Origin: a virus | Lineage: Duplodnaviria > Caudoviricetes | Reading direction: 5' to 3' (one strand) | Virus record (IMG/VR): IMGVR_UViG_3300030329_003758 | Location: 1 to 60,424 of that record | Length of the DNA stretch: 60,424 nucleotides | Shown here: positions 1 to 10,062 of the stretch, one piece after another | Layout: each line of letters begins with the position of its first letter | Numbering within the stretch: position 1 is the first letter of the stretch | Program-made: the position numbers and the translations under genes | The notes under the pieces: generated by a model | The model's database searches: none | Told to the model about the DNA's origin: nothing | What the model saw: the letters and a program-made list of their open reading frames with translations, nothing else

Positions 1-650
1 CTGCTACAGAACGTGGTGAAGGTCGCAGGGCTCCAGGTCTTGTACAGCCGACTGTTGGGGCAGGTGCTCCCGAATATCACACAGGTAGTAGTGATGTTAA
101 AAGCGCAGCACGAAAACTTCTTAATCAAGCAGTAATAGAAAAAGCATTGACTCCTGAAGAAGCTGATACGATTCTAAAAACTATAAAGGATCCTGGAGAA
201 ATTGCTCAGACAATTATTTTGTGGGCTCGGGACAAGGAAGTGCCTCTTTCTCCTGAATTCTCTGCTGATCTAGCTGGTAATATTCAAACATCTTGGTCTT
301 CTGCTGATCTTGCTGAGCCCACAGCGGGTAGCCAGCGAATGCTTGAAGCAGAAACAGGTGGGGAGATGGTTGGAGAGGTCCAGGAAGAAGCACTTAAAGG
401 TACTTCTGATGAGCCGAGTATCCAGGAAGTGAAGAATCGTGAAGCGGTCTACCGTAGTCTGATGGAAGACACCGAGGAGGATCCTGACGATCCCATGCCT
501 AAAACTCTCGGAGCACTTAGAGAGAAGACAGGACAGCTTCAGCTTCCAGATCGTAGACTTGAACCGAACCCAAATGCGACGGGCACTATGAAAGATGCTT
601 ATGAGACTAAGGGTCGAGCCCGTCGTCGTAGTAGGGGTTGGTATCCATGA
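1..650 (+). CDS. 5'-truncated alternative C-terminus (allele A) of the 967-aa virion/ejection protein at 57444-60347
   Basis: Frame is open from nt 3 (ATERGEGRRAPG...) and matches the C-terminal part of the 967-aa protein, sharing EIAQTIILWARD, SWSSADLAEPTAGSQRMLEAET, DEPSIQEVKNREAVYRSLMEDT and YETKGRARRR. Ends GWYP* with an ATGA overlap into the next gene. Confidence 0.8.
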   Translation, partial: ATERGEGRRAPGLVQPTVGAGAPEYHTGSSDVKSAARKLLNQAVIEKALTPEEADTILKTIKDPGEIAQTIILWARDKEVPLSPEFSADLAGNIQTSWSSADLAEPTAGSQRMLEAETGGEMVGEVQEEALKGTSDEPSIQEVKNREAVYRSLMEDTEEDPDDPMPKTLGALREKTGQLQLPDRRLEPNPNATGTMKDAYETKGRARRRSRGWYP

Positions 651-718
651 GCCGTGATGTTGTTGCAGAGTATAAAGCTTATCGGCAGGCTCAACAGGCT
701 GCCCAGGGGGCTCTATAT
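1..718. repeat. Left copy of imperfect terminal duplication (allelic to 59605-60424); marks the circularisation point
   Basis: 1-98 is identical to 59605-59702 and 642-718 is identical to 60348-60424 (77 bp). Internal identical blocks: 291-357 = 59916-59982 and 407-469 = 60059-60121. Sequence between the blocks is diverged. Confidence 0.95.
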
Positions 719-3700
719 GAACAACAAAAAGCAGATGAAGAGTCAAACCCAGATCGGACAACTACGCAAGCTCGCTACCAAGCAGTCCAAGAAATCGGTG
801 GACCAATTACGATACCGGAGGATTCCGGCTATACACCTGAACAACACCGCGTACTCACAGGATCTGTCTATGATCCGGCCTACCCTAAGATGGATGAAGA
901 TCTAGATATAGATCGAAATGCAGGAATTAGGAGGCTGTACCAAAAATTGGGACACATCCCTGCAGATTTTAGGTGGGGAAAGGCTGATGATATTGATTGG
1001 GAAGATTTCCCCGATGATGTCCAACCCGACTCTGAACTTCAACCTTCTGTTAAAAGGCGGACTCAACCGCAGTATGGAGCAATCCGTTGGCGTCCTGAGG
1101 ATGAACAGCGAGTTCAGCGCGGTGTTGCAGCAGGAGAACTTGTTGCGGAAAGGTTTGAAGTAGCCCCAGCAAAAGGCTACCAGTGGGCCACTTCTCCTCA
1201 GGCTGGGCAGCCGCTTCCAAAAGTCGAAAGAAGTAGAGATCTAGAGGTAGAGCGGGGTGTCGCTCGCCCAGAGATGTTCGATTACGAGCCTCAGGGTGTC
1301 GATATACCAACACTGTTATCTAAGACATTTGATTGGAATCAAATTGGGAATCAAATCCCTGTACTACAAGAGGCATTTGATCAGTTTACGCTATCTCGGA
1401 ATCAAGATGCCCTGCGGGCTTTGAATGAGTCTCGTGCACTTGCGAAAAAACCAGCGCAGATTGCTCCTATCGATTTTGAGTATAAATTCGATGATATGGG
1501 TCGGGGTTGGTATGAAAGTAAAGATCCCGAGATTCAAGAAGCTCTAGATGATCCGATTATTGGTCAACAACTTGAGGGCTCTCCCGGCATTCCTGGAAGA
1601 TCTTGGCAGTACCTCAAGGATATTAACGATGAGGTAGATAGGCTCAATGCTCTTGGCTTTCATTCCGCTGCTCGACGGGAGTCTTATGAAAGATTTATTC
1701 CAGTCATTTCCGAGATTGGTTGGGATCTATTAGAGCTTTCGATCTGGACGCTTGATGCGCTTCCTATTCCATCTAGGATCGATCCATTCCCTATTCTCCA
1801 ACAAATCATGCCTACGGATCAGGAGCGTGAAAGCTTCAAGAACCTACGCTTGAAGACTTGGGATAATCTTACCCCTGAAGCTAAAGAGAAGGCAGCTACT
1901 GACCCTGAATATTTTATTCGTATGATGTATAACCAGAGAGAAGCAGACATTAGGTTTGAAGTCTCATCTGGGCACATCACTGAATACTTAGAGCAGTTGG
2001 TTAACTCCATGCCTACTGAGTTTCCTGTCTCTGATCCTGTATCTTGGGCTGAGAAACTCGGACCAGGAGAGCCTTATGAGGAAGATCCTGCAAAGATTGT
2101 AGAGGGTCGAGATAGAGGTATCGAAATCAATTGGCGACCTGGAGCAGGCCTCGATATCGCAGAATATAGGCGTGGTCGAGTAGATCATCTAATGAGAAAT
2201 TGGTTTAACCAATATCTTGAATTCGATGATGCCGGAACTCCAGACGATACTAGGGATGATAAAACTTTTCTCGTTTGGAACGGCGAAAGAATTCCAGTCA
2301 AAAATGTGACTTGGAAGCATATGATGGCTCAGCTGTCAGAAGAATCTCAATGGCAAGTACATGCGGATGTTAGCCGCCGTCTTGCAGCTGAGACTTCATT
2401 CCTGATCCACCAAGGTGCTCTAAAAGCTCAAGAGCTTGCAGAAAAAACAGCTTGGCGAGAGGGTGAGGGGTTTAAGGCTGTTGGAACAGGTTTTAGTTTC
2501 TTTGACGATGATTATATGAGGACTACGAATGAGATCGCCAAGGGCCTAAATCCCTATAATGACGATGCTCCTTGGATTAAAGATATTCCTCTTCTTGGAA
2601 AGCATCTAGAAGGCCCATATCGAGTTGCTCGGGCAGCGACTGCGCGACGACCTGGAATGTTTCTGAAGTACTACCCAAGTGCTCAAGCGTGGCGTCCAGG
2701 GAGAGATGGTCCTACTCAGTGGGAAATTAGACACAGAACGGGATTAGACTGGCTCATGGGCTGGGTCGGTACGACCTGGGAAGCAGGAATGCTAGAGCCC
2801 ATGATCGATAAGCTGCGTCAGAACGAGTCGGATGCAGGTGATCTGGTGTATCGATATATGCGGTCCCTTACCGATTCTCCCTATGAGTACACGCTAGTTG
2901 ATGATGAGGGTAAAGAAGAGTCCTACCGCCTTTTGGCAATGGATACGCCAAATCATGAGTGGTTTAATGACATAGTTGATGGACAAATTGCTATTACAGA
3001 TGAGCGTAGACTTGCAGAACATCTTGGCGATATTCCTTGGGGAGCTGAAAGAGAATCAACACTCCGTAAGGTATTGAGAGGAATTGAACCAAAGGGGATT
3101 CATCGGCCTTTTGTCGGGTATCGACAGTTCAATAAAGATACTGGAAAGATTGAACTAATTACGAAGAAGGAGGTTCTAGACGACTTTGTAAAAGTTCTAG
3201 AAGAAACCTATAATGCGACTCTTGGTCCTGAGATGTCGCCAGAAGATCGGGTTCGTCAGGTTGAGTCTATACGACAGCATAAGTTTCTAGCTCATGAGAT
3301 GGGGGCTGTTTGGGCTGAGTTGGCAGATGCTTTAGAAGTAGACCAAGAAACTAAGAACGCCATGGTAATTGGCGGTTCAATTGTGACAGGATTTGGGCAG
3401 GAGTTTGCTAATCCAATTGATCCTATCTTGGCTGGAATGCGACTAACTGGGAAGGGTTTGAAGTATGCCAAGAGGACTAAGCAGTGGAAGCGAGAGACGC
3501 GACCTGCCTATCTAGATCAAGTATCTGATGAACTAAGAAAAGAGCTAGACGATGAACTAGCTAAGATCAAAGATCACGTATACACCAACCGAGAAGACCG
3601 AATTAAGGATGAAGCGGTCATATTTGATATGATCAACACAAGGGCACACGAGCGGGGCATGAAGATTGATCATGTTGCTCAGCTAATTGTCGAGGCTCGA

Positions 3701-6700
3701 ATTGCCCATCAAGAAGGATATCGACATTCCATCTCCTGGTCGCTAGATAAGGCAAGAGCAAACACACTTAAATCAGAACAGAAAGCTAGAGCATTGATGG
3801 GTGAATGGGGCTATCAAGAGCCTCGGTGGATCCTTTCTGGTGGTGATTATGCTACTCCAACAGACCGAGCTTTTCGGTCTGAAGACTACCTTAGAGGTGT
3901 CGTAAAATATAATCCGAGACAATCCAAGCAGTACTCTATTGAGAACCCAGCCCAACCAGGACTCTTGGAAGCGGGTCTTCGTCCTGCAGAAGCTCGAATC
4001 CAAGCGAAAGGAATGGTTAGTGATGATATTCAAAGGTTCTCTAAGGAAGTCGCCGAGGATACCCAAGATCTAGATGTGTATGTAGTCTTTCGAACTGAGG
4101 ACTATATTAAAGAGAATTTCTCTACTGAAGTTTGGGAGATTGCTAAGCGAGATCAGTCGATTTCTCTCGATCTCCAACCTGGAGATACCAGTAAGTTGTA
4201 CCCAGTCTATCTAGGTAGACTAGAAACTGATGTTGTTGGCCAGGCAGTACGTAATCCAACAAGATCATCCTGGGCAGATAAGGTCGGTCAGTCATCAAGA
4301 GCCGATGATGCTCGATGGGCACCAATCAATCCAATTCGGGATGCGGAAGATTCACGGAAAGTTACGCAGTGGAAGCTTGCAGAGGTAGAAGATCAACCAA
4401 CACTTGGTCTAGTTCCAACTTCAAAAGCTCGGTCTTATACTTCTGACTTTGTATTCGGTGGGAGATTCCAGGGAACAAACAGTCTTCCTTCTCCAAATAA
4501 GAATATCTACGGACGTACCTTTGATCCTCGAACTAAAGAGGGGGCTCTCCCTCAATGGCGTAATCCTTTAACTCGGGAGTGGGAGAGCCCGACAACACAA
4601 GGGCTAAAGGAAGCCGGTCAACTAAAGCAGTATGAGCGGTGGATCGATATTAGAATTGAGATTGAGAGGAATGTAGAAGAGGGACTGAAGTTGGCCCATG
4701 CGAAGGCATCTCATGAGGCTAATGAGTGGTTTAGTGTTAGAGGGAGCTTTGCTAGGAAGTTCCAAGCTGTTTCTGATGAACTCGATATTCTTGAGAAAGA
4801 TCTGAAACAGGTGAATGGTGAGCTGGCAAAGGTAGTTTCGCAGATAGAACCTTCTGTCATCGCTTTGAATGGCCTCTCATTGAAGAGGGGAGACATCAAT
4901 CGCCGAATAGCCGAAGTACTAGAGAAGATTAAAATCACTTCTAAACCTCTCAGGGGGAAAGGAAAGAAGCGGTTCAAGAGGGGAACAGTCAGAGGCGATA
5001 GAATTCGATCAGAGCTGACTGGGTATCAATCAGATTTGGCGAGTTTGCGTGGTGATCTTGCAGTTGTGGAAGCTTCGCAAGCCGAGATCTTTGCAAATCG
5101 TAACTTCAGAAACCTAGAGTCTAAAAGACGGGAGCTTACTGCTAGGCAAATCGAATTGGGGGCTCGACAAACTATCGCTATGGACGAGATGTTAAAGGTC
5201 GATGAGCTATTTGCTTCACTCCCTCGGGCGACCCCAATAACTACAGTTAAGGGTGCTGCTGAGTTAGAGATGAGTATTGGAAAGGGTCTTCGTGCGACTG
5301 AAAGTAGAACTCTTCAACAACTCAGAGCCCAGCAGAAACACCGCCGTAGATACGAGCATGCTGCGAGAAAGTCATCTCCTAAGAAAAGAGAAGCAGCTTT
5401 TAGGGCAGCTGAGGAAGCAGCTAATGCATCAAAGCAAAGACTTTATTCAATGCTTGATGCGTATAAAGAGGTAGCTGAGGATCTGAGAAAAGGCCTAGAA
5501 GCTGTTGACAGTATGCCAAAAGATACGGGGCGGTTTGTTAATATCCTCGAAGAGTCTGGGGCTATCTCTGAGACGAAGAGCCCCGATCCAGTAACTTGGT
5601 TTAGGTCTAAGATCTTAAGGTCTATTACAGCCTATAATGATGATGGAAGCCGCGCTGTCGATGTAGATAAGCTTATGGACTATCTCCGAAATAGTTGGGG
5701 AGATCGTGCTGTTGACTACATTACTGAGAGCATCATTGGAGGACCAAAACAGCTTCATCAGGCAAAGATCGATGGGAGGACGCTTCAAGCTTCTGAGCTT
5801 AAGAAGATGTCTGATACCTATGAGCAGACTGTAGAGAAGATCAAAAAAGTTAATGAAGAGATGGTTGAGTGGAGAAGGTCTGATGAGTATCGGACATCGA
5901 CTGAAGCTGAAAAGAGAAGACAGCTAGATCTTTATGTTGAGAAGCTAACCGATCTTAACCAGATCAAGGCTCAAAATGAGGTTGTACAAGCTACCGTTAT
6001 TGGGACTCGTGGTGGTCAAGCTGGTGACGTTCTTCATAGGATCAAAGCGGCGCAAGAAAAGGGGATCAAAACAGTCGATCTTAGTCTAGAAGAGATTGAG
6101 AATTTTCAGCATATCAATAATGGCCTTCGGCATGCCTACCGAGAAACTCATGAGGCTCGACGTGGACTCTCATACTTGGAAGCCATGGATCAAGCAGACC
6201 AAGATGTATTTGGCTCTCTGATTCTTCGATCTACTTACTACCTAAAACCCCTAAAAGAGCGGAATAAACTAAACTTTTATATCTTTCCCAGTATTCTCCA
6301 AAAAGCTCTCTACCATAAGGATGTAGTTTCATATATTAGCTACATCGCTAAGAGATATATGAGAATCTTTAATCCGATTTCCGCTCGGATTGGAGAAGTT
6401 AGCAAGGATGTAGAGAACGTCTTTAGAGCGTCTGAAAATCTTCGAGATCATGTACATACTGAAATGTACGAGTACCTCCGAATGATGGATAGAGCCCACA
6501 AGGGGATGTCTCCATCCGTTCGGGAGGAAATCTACTTCGACGGTGTTGTCGAGATGATGTCGAAAACAGAGGCTGACGAGCCTCTATCGATTGCGTATAA
6601 GTCACCCTTAAAGTCTGCTAAGGTTTGGATGCACTCTGGAGGGGCGGTCCATCCACAAGCAAGGCAGAGTGTTGTAAATAATCTATCTCTCCAAGATGAT

Positions 6701-9619
6701 CTCAGCATCATTAAGGAGCAGATGGAACTCCTTAGATTTATTGAGACAGAAGCCAAGAGACTCAATCCAGTGGGGAATGTTGAGTCACTCAAAAATTCTA
6801 TTACTAAAGCTTTCGAAACTGGCAAGTTTAAGAACATGCCAAATGGAAAATCGGTTCTTCAGTATATTATCAATCAGATAGATCTTTGGAAGACACCACC
6901 CCAAGGGCAAAAGAGGAGTATTGATACACTTATTGGGTCATACTCAGAAGGAACTCGTGGTATCCGCGACATATCGAAAATCAAGGCAACGGGAGATGAA
7001 GCGATTAAGCAGATGGATGATATCCTCCGGGAATCAGAACCCATTACGCTAAACCGACTTTTGGCTACCAGATGGAACATGGGAGATTATGATAATTGGT
7101 TTGCCCGTGCGAAGAATTTTCGTGAATCCAACATCGTTCTATCTTGGTCCCGCGCCTTTATCCCTCATGGGCACGCCCCCAGCCCATCAAGAGCGGCTTA
7201 CTATTACGCTAGAACCTTGCGCCTCTTCCATGATCCCAGATCAACCGACTTCAAGTGGCTGCTCGAACAGGTGCAGAAGATGCACATGCGAGACTTTGGG
7301 CCTGAGACAAACAAGACTCGGGCTTACGCTATTGCAGCTCTCGCTTCTATCGATGGCATGGTTATCTTCCGTACAAATCGACTAATGGAAAGAGCTATTG
7401 GAGGGTTCCTAACACCAGATCAGGTAAGGTCAGGGAATGCTTGGCTCCAGCAGACAGAGAATTCAATTAAAGGTTGGGATGCAGCGCTCGACGCCAACAT
7501 CCGAGCCGGTCGCCCCATTAAACAAGACCGGATTAGAACAGGCGATAAGAAGAAGCTGACAGACTATGTTCTTTCTGGGATGGACGAGAGCGGAAGAGGC
7601 TTCTGGACATCAAGACCAATCTCTGAAGCTGCTGATGAAGTAACAGAGCGTATTGTCAAAGAGACTGCAATGCAGTACTCCAAAGCGAGGACTCCTGAAG
7701 AGGCTTTTCGGACAGGGGCTCAATGGAGTGTTGGCCGATTGTGGCGAACTTCAATTGTTACCGGTCTAGTAGTCCCCCAGCCGCGTTACTTTTACAACAA
7801 CTACTGGGGTGATTTCTCCCAGATTTGGCTCACAGAAGGCCTATATAGAGCTGGGAAGATTAACTTCCAGTTGATGACAGATATTCCTTGGTGGAGTGAT
7901 AAGCTCGATAATTACCAAAGGCGGATCACTGAGTGGGTACATAAGAAAAACCCGAACGCCCCAGTCTTGGGATCGACTTTTAATGCTCTAATGAACCCCT
8001 GGGCTAATAGGGTGTGGAGAGGGGAGAAAGGGTATTTGAGGCTACCTGATGGGCGTTTGAAGTCGTTCGATTCGATTCGAATGGATCTCGTCAATAGCGG
8101 AGTCTTAGATACCCAGGCTAATCATGATCTTCTTTCTTCTATGGCTAGAGTTACTCCACACTCCTGGAAAGAAGTTCCTGGGATTGGATCCCCTTTCCGT
8201 AAATCGGAAGAGTATCTAGATAAGTATTACCGAGGCCAAGCTCCTGGAATTACTGGGGAGATGAAAGCTCTAGGGGCTATGGGTGTCACTGGGTTGGGTA
8301 GAGGGCTCCAAGCAACGACTGATATAGCTACAGATTGGCGGCAAAATATTAGTTGGTGGGCCACCTATGTACAACAACGTCAGCGTGGCAACTTTTATAT
8401 GGAGATGCTTCGCCTGGGCTATACCGAAAAAGAAGCTATTCGCCGCACCTTCAATGCTCTGTATGATTGGAGAAATGGAATCACAGAGTATGAGATCAAA
8501 TGGCTTGCTAAATACGTTCCATTCTATCGATTTTGGCGGCTCGCCCTAAGCCAGATGGGCAGAGAGTTGTCCCAACCTCTTCTTCGTCCCAGCGAAAAGA
8601 TGGTTGACCTGCATATGCTTGGAATGAAAGCCCGAATTCCAGGTGAGTATGTCGGCCAGAGTGGCTTGGGGCGTGTTCGTCAGCAGCACGTATTTAGAGA
8701 GATGCTTCCCTACTGGACAGAGCCAGAGATGTGGGAAGAACTGGCACAAGATGAACAGCAGCTTATCCGCTATGCTCATGCTCTCCGCCCTGAGTGGCTC
8801 TATTCTCGCCCAACCTGGGGCTGGAAGGTTCTCCCTGAAGACCAGAGAAAGTTCTATATGGAGAATCGAGGTAGGGCGTTGGGCTATAGCGTTAATGCTC
8901 TTGGGCCATTTACAGCTCTCGACACAGCTGAATTTTTTATGTCGACCAATAAGGCATGGATGGGGCTCCTACTAAAGGCGATGCCGGGCGACACCATGAA
9001 CTCTCACATAGCCCCTGATTTTGAGGAGAATTTCTTTCGGAACTCTTTGGATATGCTGATGCCCATTCAGAAAGAGATGGCTCAGCAGTTTCTTATGGAC
9101 AATGGGTTTGATGCTGGTGGCCACCATAAAGGGCCAGTTACTCGTCTCCGACCGGGAGAAGCGACTATGGCGAACAGCCCAACTTTTGGTATTGAAGCTT
9201 GGTTGGATCCAGATCTAGGGACTCCTGTTGCGCAGAGAGGAGCGGTAGCCCTCTATAGAATGCTCCCTGTTGTTGGGACAGAACTCCCTGGGCTAATGAA
9301 TGCAGCTTGGTCGGATAACTATAGGATGCAGAAGTTCACCCGAGACTACCTAAACAGCGCTAAAACTCCAGATTCGAAGGATTTCATCCGGGGCTTGCAA
9401 TTTGCTTTCGGTCGGCTTGGAGGATTTGCTCAACAATATCCGATTGATCCACACCAAAGACTTCGGCATATGGCTGCTGATAAGCAGAAAGCTTTCAATA
9501 AAGCTTCGCAGAAGATTGGTAGACCAGATCTCATCTCAGATCAGCCTTATCCATATCCTTACAACTGGAGACTGGATCAGCCTATGGAGGAACAGGAGCC
9601 TGAGGATGAAGATAAGTAG
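647..9619 (+). CDS. Giant (2990 aa) internal virion / ejection protein, large-polyvalent-protein-like
   Basis: Uninterrupted 9 kb ORF placed last in the ejection-gene series. ATG at 647 has an AGGGGT RBS and an ATGA overlap. C-terminal segments PRYFYNNYWGD and EAIRRTFNALYDW..ITEYE..LAKYVPFYRFW resemble the conserved LPD38-like C-terminus of podoviral large internal proteins. Central coiled-coil-like stretch. Confidence 0.75.
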   Translation: MSRDVVAEYKAYRQAQQAAQGALYEQQKADEESNPDRTTTQARYQAVQEIGGPITIPEDSGYTPEQHRVLTGSVYDPAYPKMDEDLDIDRNAGIRRLYQKLGHIPADFRWGKADDIDWEDFPDDVQPDSELQPSVKRRTQPQYGAIRWRPEDEQRVQRGVAAGELVAERFEVAPAKGYQWATSPQAGQPLPKVERSRDLEVERGVARPEMFDYEPQGVDIPTLLSKTFDWNQIGNQIPVLQEAFDQFTLSRNQDALRALNESRALAKKPAQIAPIDFEYKFDDMGRGWYESKDPEIQEALDDPIIGQQLEGSPGIPGRSWQYLKDINDEVDRLNALGFHSAARRESYERFIPVISEIGWDLLELSIWTLDALPIPSRIDPFPILQQIMPTDQERESFKNLRLKTWDNLTPEAKEKAATDPEYFIRMMYNQREADIRFEVSSGHITEYLEQLVNSMPTEFPVSDPVSWAEKLGPGEPYEEDPAKIVEGRDRGIEINWRPGAGLDIAEYRRGRVDHLMRNWFNQYLEFDDAGTPDDTRDDKTFLVWNGERIPVKNVTWKHMMAQLSEESQWQVHADVSRRLAAETSFLIHQGALKAQELAEKTAWREGEGFKAVGTGFSFFDDDYMRTTNEIAKGLNPYNDDAPWIKDIPLLGKHLEGPYRVARAATARRPGMFLKYYPSAQAWRPGRDGPTQWEIRHRTGLDWLMGWVGTTWEAGMLEPMIDKLRQNESDAGDLVYRYMRSLTDSPYEYTLVDDEGKEESYRLLAMDTPNHEWFNDIVDGQIAITDERRLAEHLGDIPWGAERESTLRKVLRGIEPKGIHRPFVGYRQFNKDTGKIELITKKEVLDDFVKVLEETYNATLGPEMSPEDRVRQVESIRQHKFLAHEMGAVWAELADALEVDQETKNAMVIGGSIVTGFGQEFANPIDPILAGMRLTGKGLKYAKRTKQWKRETRPAYLDQVSDELRKELDDELAKIKDHVYTNREDRIKDEAVIFDMINTRAHERGMKIDHVAQLIVEARIAHQEGYRHSISWSLDKARANTLKSEQKARALMGEWGYQEPRWILSGGDYATPTDRAFRSEDYLRGVVKYNPRQSKQYSIENPAQPGLLEAGLRPAEARIQAKGMVSDDIQRFSKEVAEDTQDLDVYVVFRTEDYIKENFSTEVWEIAKRDQSISLDLQPGDTSKLYPVYLGRLETDVVGQAVRNPTRSSWADKVGQSSRADDARWAPINPIRDAEDSRKVTQWKLAEVEDQPTLGLVPTSKARSYTSDFVFGGRFQGTNSLPSPNKNIYGRTFDPRTKEGALPQWRNPLTREWESPTTQGLKEAGQLKQYERWIDIRIEIERNVEEGLKLAHAKASHEANEWFSVRGSFARKFQAVSDELDILEKDLKQVNGELAKVVSQIEPSVIALNGLSLKRGDINRRIAEVLEKIKITSKPLRGKGKKRFKRGTVRGDRIRSELTGYQSDLASLRGDLAVVEASQAEIFANRNFRNLESKRRELTARQIELGARQTIAMDEMLKVDELFASLPRATPITTVKGAAELEMSIGKGLRATESRTLQQLRAQQKHRRRYEHAARKSSPKKREAAFRAAEEAANASKQRLYSMLDAYKEVAEDLRKGLEAVDSMPKDTGRFVNILEESGAISETKSPDPVTWFRSKILRSITAYNDDGSRAVDVDKLMDYLRNSWGDRAVDYITESIIGGPKQLHQAKIDGRTLQASELKKMSDTYEQTVEKIKKVNEEMVEWRRSDEYRTSTEAEKRRQLDLYVEKLTDLNQIKAQNEVVQATVIGTRGGQAGDVLHRIKAAQEKGIKTVDLSLEEIENFQHINNGLRHAYRETHEARRGLSYLEAMDQADQDVFGSLILRSTYYLKPLKERNKLNFYIFPSILQKALYHKDVVSYISYIAKRYMRIFNPISARIGEVSKDVENVFRASENLRDHVHTEMYEYLRMMDRAHKGMSPSVREEIYFDGVVEMMSKTEADEPLSIAYKSPLKSAKVWMHSGGAVHPQARQSVVNNLSLQDDLSIIKEQMELLRFIETEAKRLNPVGNVESLKNSITKAFETGKFKNMPNGKSVLQYIINQIDLWKTPPQGQKRSIDTLIGSYSEGTRGIRDISKIKATGDEAIKQMDDILRESEPITLNRLLATRWNMGDYDNWFARAKNFRESNIVLSWSRAFIPHGHAPSPSRAAYYYARTLRLFHDPRSTDFKWLLEQVQKMHMRDFGPETNKTRAYAIAALASIDGMVIFRTNRLMERAIGGFLTPDQVRSGNAWLQQTENSIKGWDAALDANIRAGRPIKQDRIRTGDKKKLTDYVLSGMDESGRGFWTSRPISEAADEVTERIVKETAMQYSKARTPEEAFRTGAQWSVGRLWRTSIVTGLVVPQPRYFYNNYWGDFSQIWLTEGLYRAGKINFQLMTDIPWWSDKLDNYQRRITEWVHKKNPNAPVLGSTFNALMNPWANRVWRGEKGYLRLPDGRLKSFDSIRMDLVNSGVLDTQANHDLLSSMARVTPHSWKEVPGIGSPFRKSEEYLDKYYRGQAPGITGEMKALGAMGVTGLGRGLQATTDIATDWRQNISWWATYVQQRQRGNFYMEMLRLGYTEKEAIRRTFNALYDWRNGITEYEIKWLAKYVPFYRFWRLALSQMGRELSQPLLRPSEKMVDLHMLGMKARIPGEYVGQSGLGRVRQQHVFREMLPYWTEPEMWEELAQDEQQLIRYAHALRPEWLYSRPTWGWKVLPEDQRKFYMENRGRALGYSVNALGPFTALDTAEFFMSTNKAWMGLLLKAMPGDTMNSHIAPDFEENFFRNSLDMLMPIQKEMAQQFLMDNGFDAGGHHKGPVTRLRPGEATMANSPTFGIEAWLDPDLGTPVAQRGAVALYRMLPVVGTELPGLMNAAWSDNYRMQKFTRDYLNSAKTPDSKDFIRGLQFAFGRLGGFAQQYPIDPHQRLRHMAADKQKAFNKASQKIGRPDLISDQPYPYPYNWRLDQPMEEQEPEDEDK

Positions 9620-9626
9620 TTCTACA

Positions 9627-9656
9627 TTGACAGAAATGCCCAAAAAGCAGTATGTT
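9627..9656 (+). promoter_or_regulatory. Putative sigma70-type promoter for the tail-fibre/lysis module
   Basis: TTGACA-18 bp-TATGTT in the intergenic gap, followed by an AAGGA RBS and ATG at 9676. Confidence 0.55.
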
Positions 9657-9675
9657 TTCACACAAGGAATAGATA

Positions 9676-10062
9676 ATGGATAGTCGATATTACAGAGTTC
9701 GGTTGAGCGTTACCAACACAGGAACAAGCGACAACCAGACCGTTCAGCTTCCGACCACTGCTGAGTCTGCCAATAAAGTCTGGCTACTCTCTTCTTTTAC
9801 CTTTGTGCGTAGCGGCGGCTCTGGCTCCACCTGGGCTCCTCGCTTGATGCAGACGAGTTCGGCAGCCAACGACAGTATTGATCAGCGTATGGTCTACTCG
9901 GCTGGAAGCGCTGTCATTAATGACGTGTTTGCTCAGCCTATGCCCTGTTTGGCTGATGCCGATGGCAGGCTTTATTTCAAAGCTGGATTTAATTCAGGTA
10001 GCGATAATGACTATGATGCTGAGCTGTGGTTCATTCGCGCCAAGGGTGGAGCTAAATCATAA
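9676..10062 (+). CDS. Hypothetical beta-rich virion protein (128 aa)
   Basis: AAGGA RBS; Ser/Thr/Gly-rich; TAATG-coupled to the tail-fibre gene. Confidence 0.75.
   Translation: MDSRYYRVRLSVTNTGTSDNQTVQLPTTAESANKVWLLSSFTFVRSGGSGSTWAPRLMQTSSAANDSIDQRMVYSAGSAVINDVFAQPMPCLADADGRLYFKAGFNSGSDNDYDAELWFIRAKGGAKS

Noticed and set aside
1-650. Diversity-generating retroelement (template/variable repeat pair) explaining the two alleles
   Set aside because: Differences are not adenine-specific, include indels and synonymous changes, and no reverse transcriptase ORF is present.
270-761. Antisense ORFs 270-761 and 59580-60179 (minus strand)
   Set aside because: Shadow frames of the ejection gene; their similarity simply reflects the shared DNA blocks; no RBS or operon context.
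1480-1515. DDMGRGWY in the giant protein as a T7/N4-type RNA polymerase DxxGRxY motif
   Set aside because: Spacing does not fit, and I found no accompanying polymerase motifs A, B or C or a DxDGD motif.
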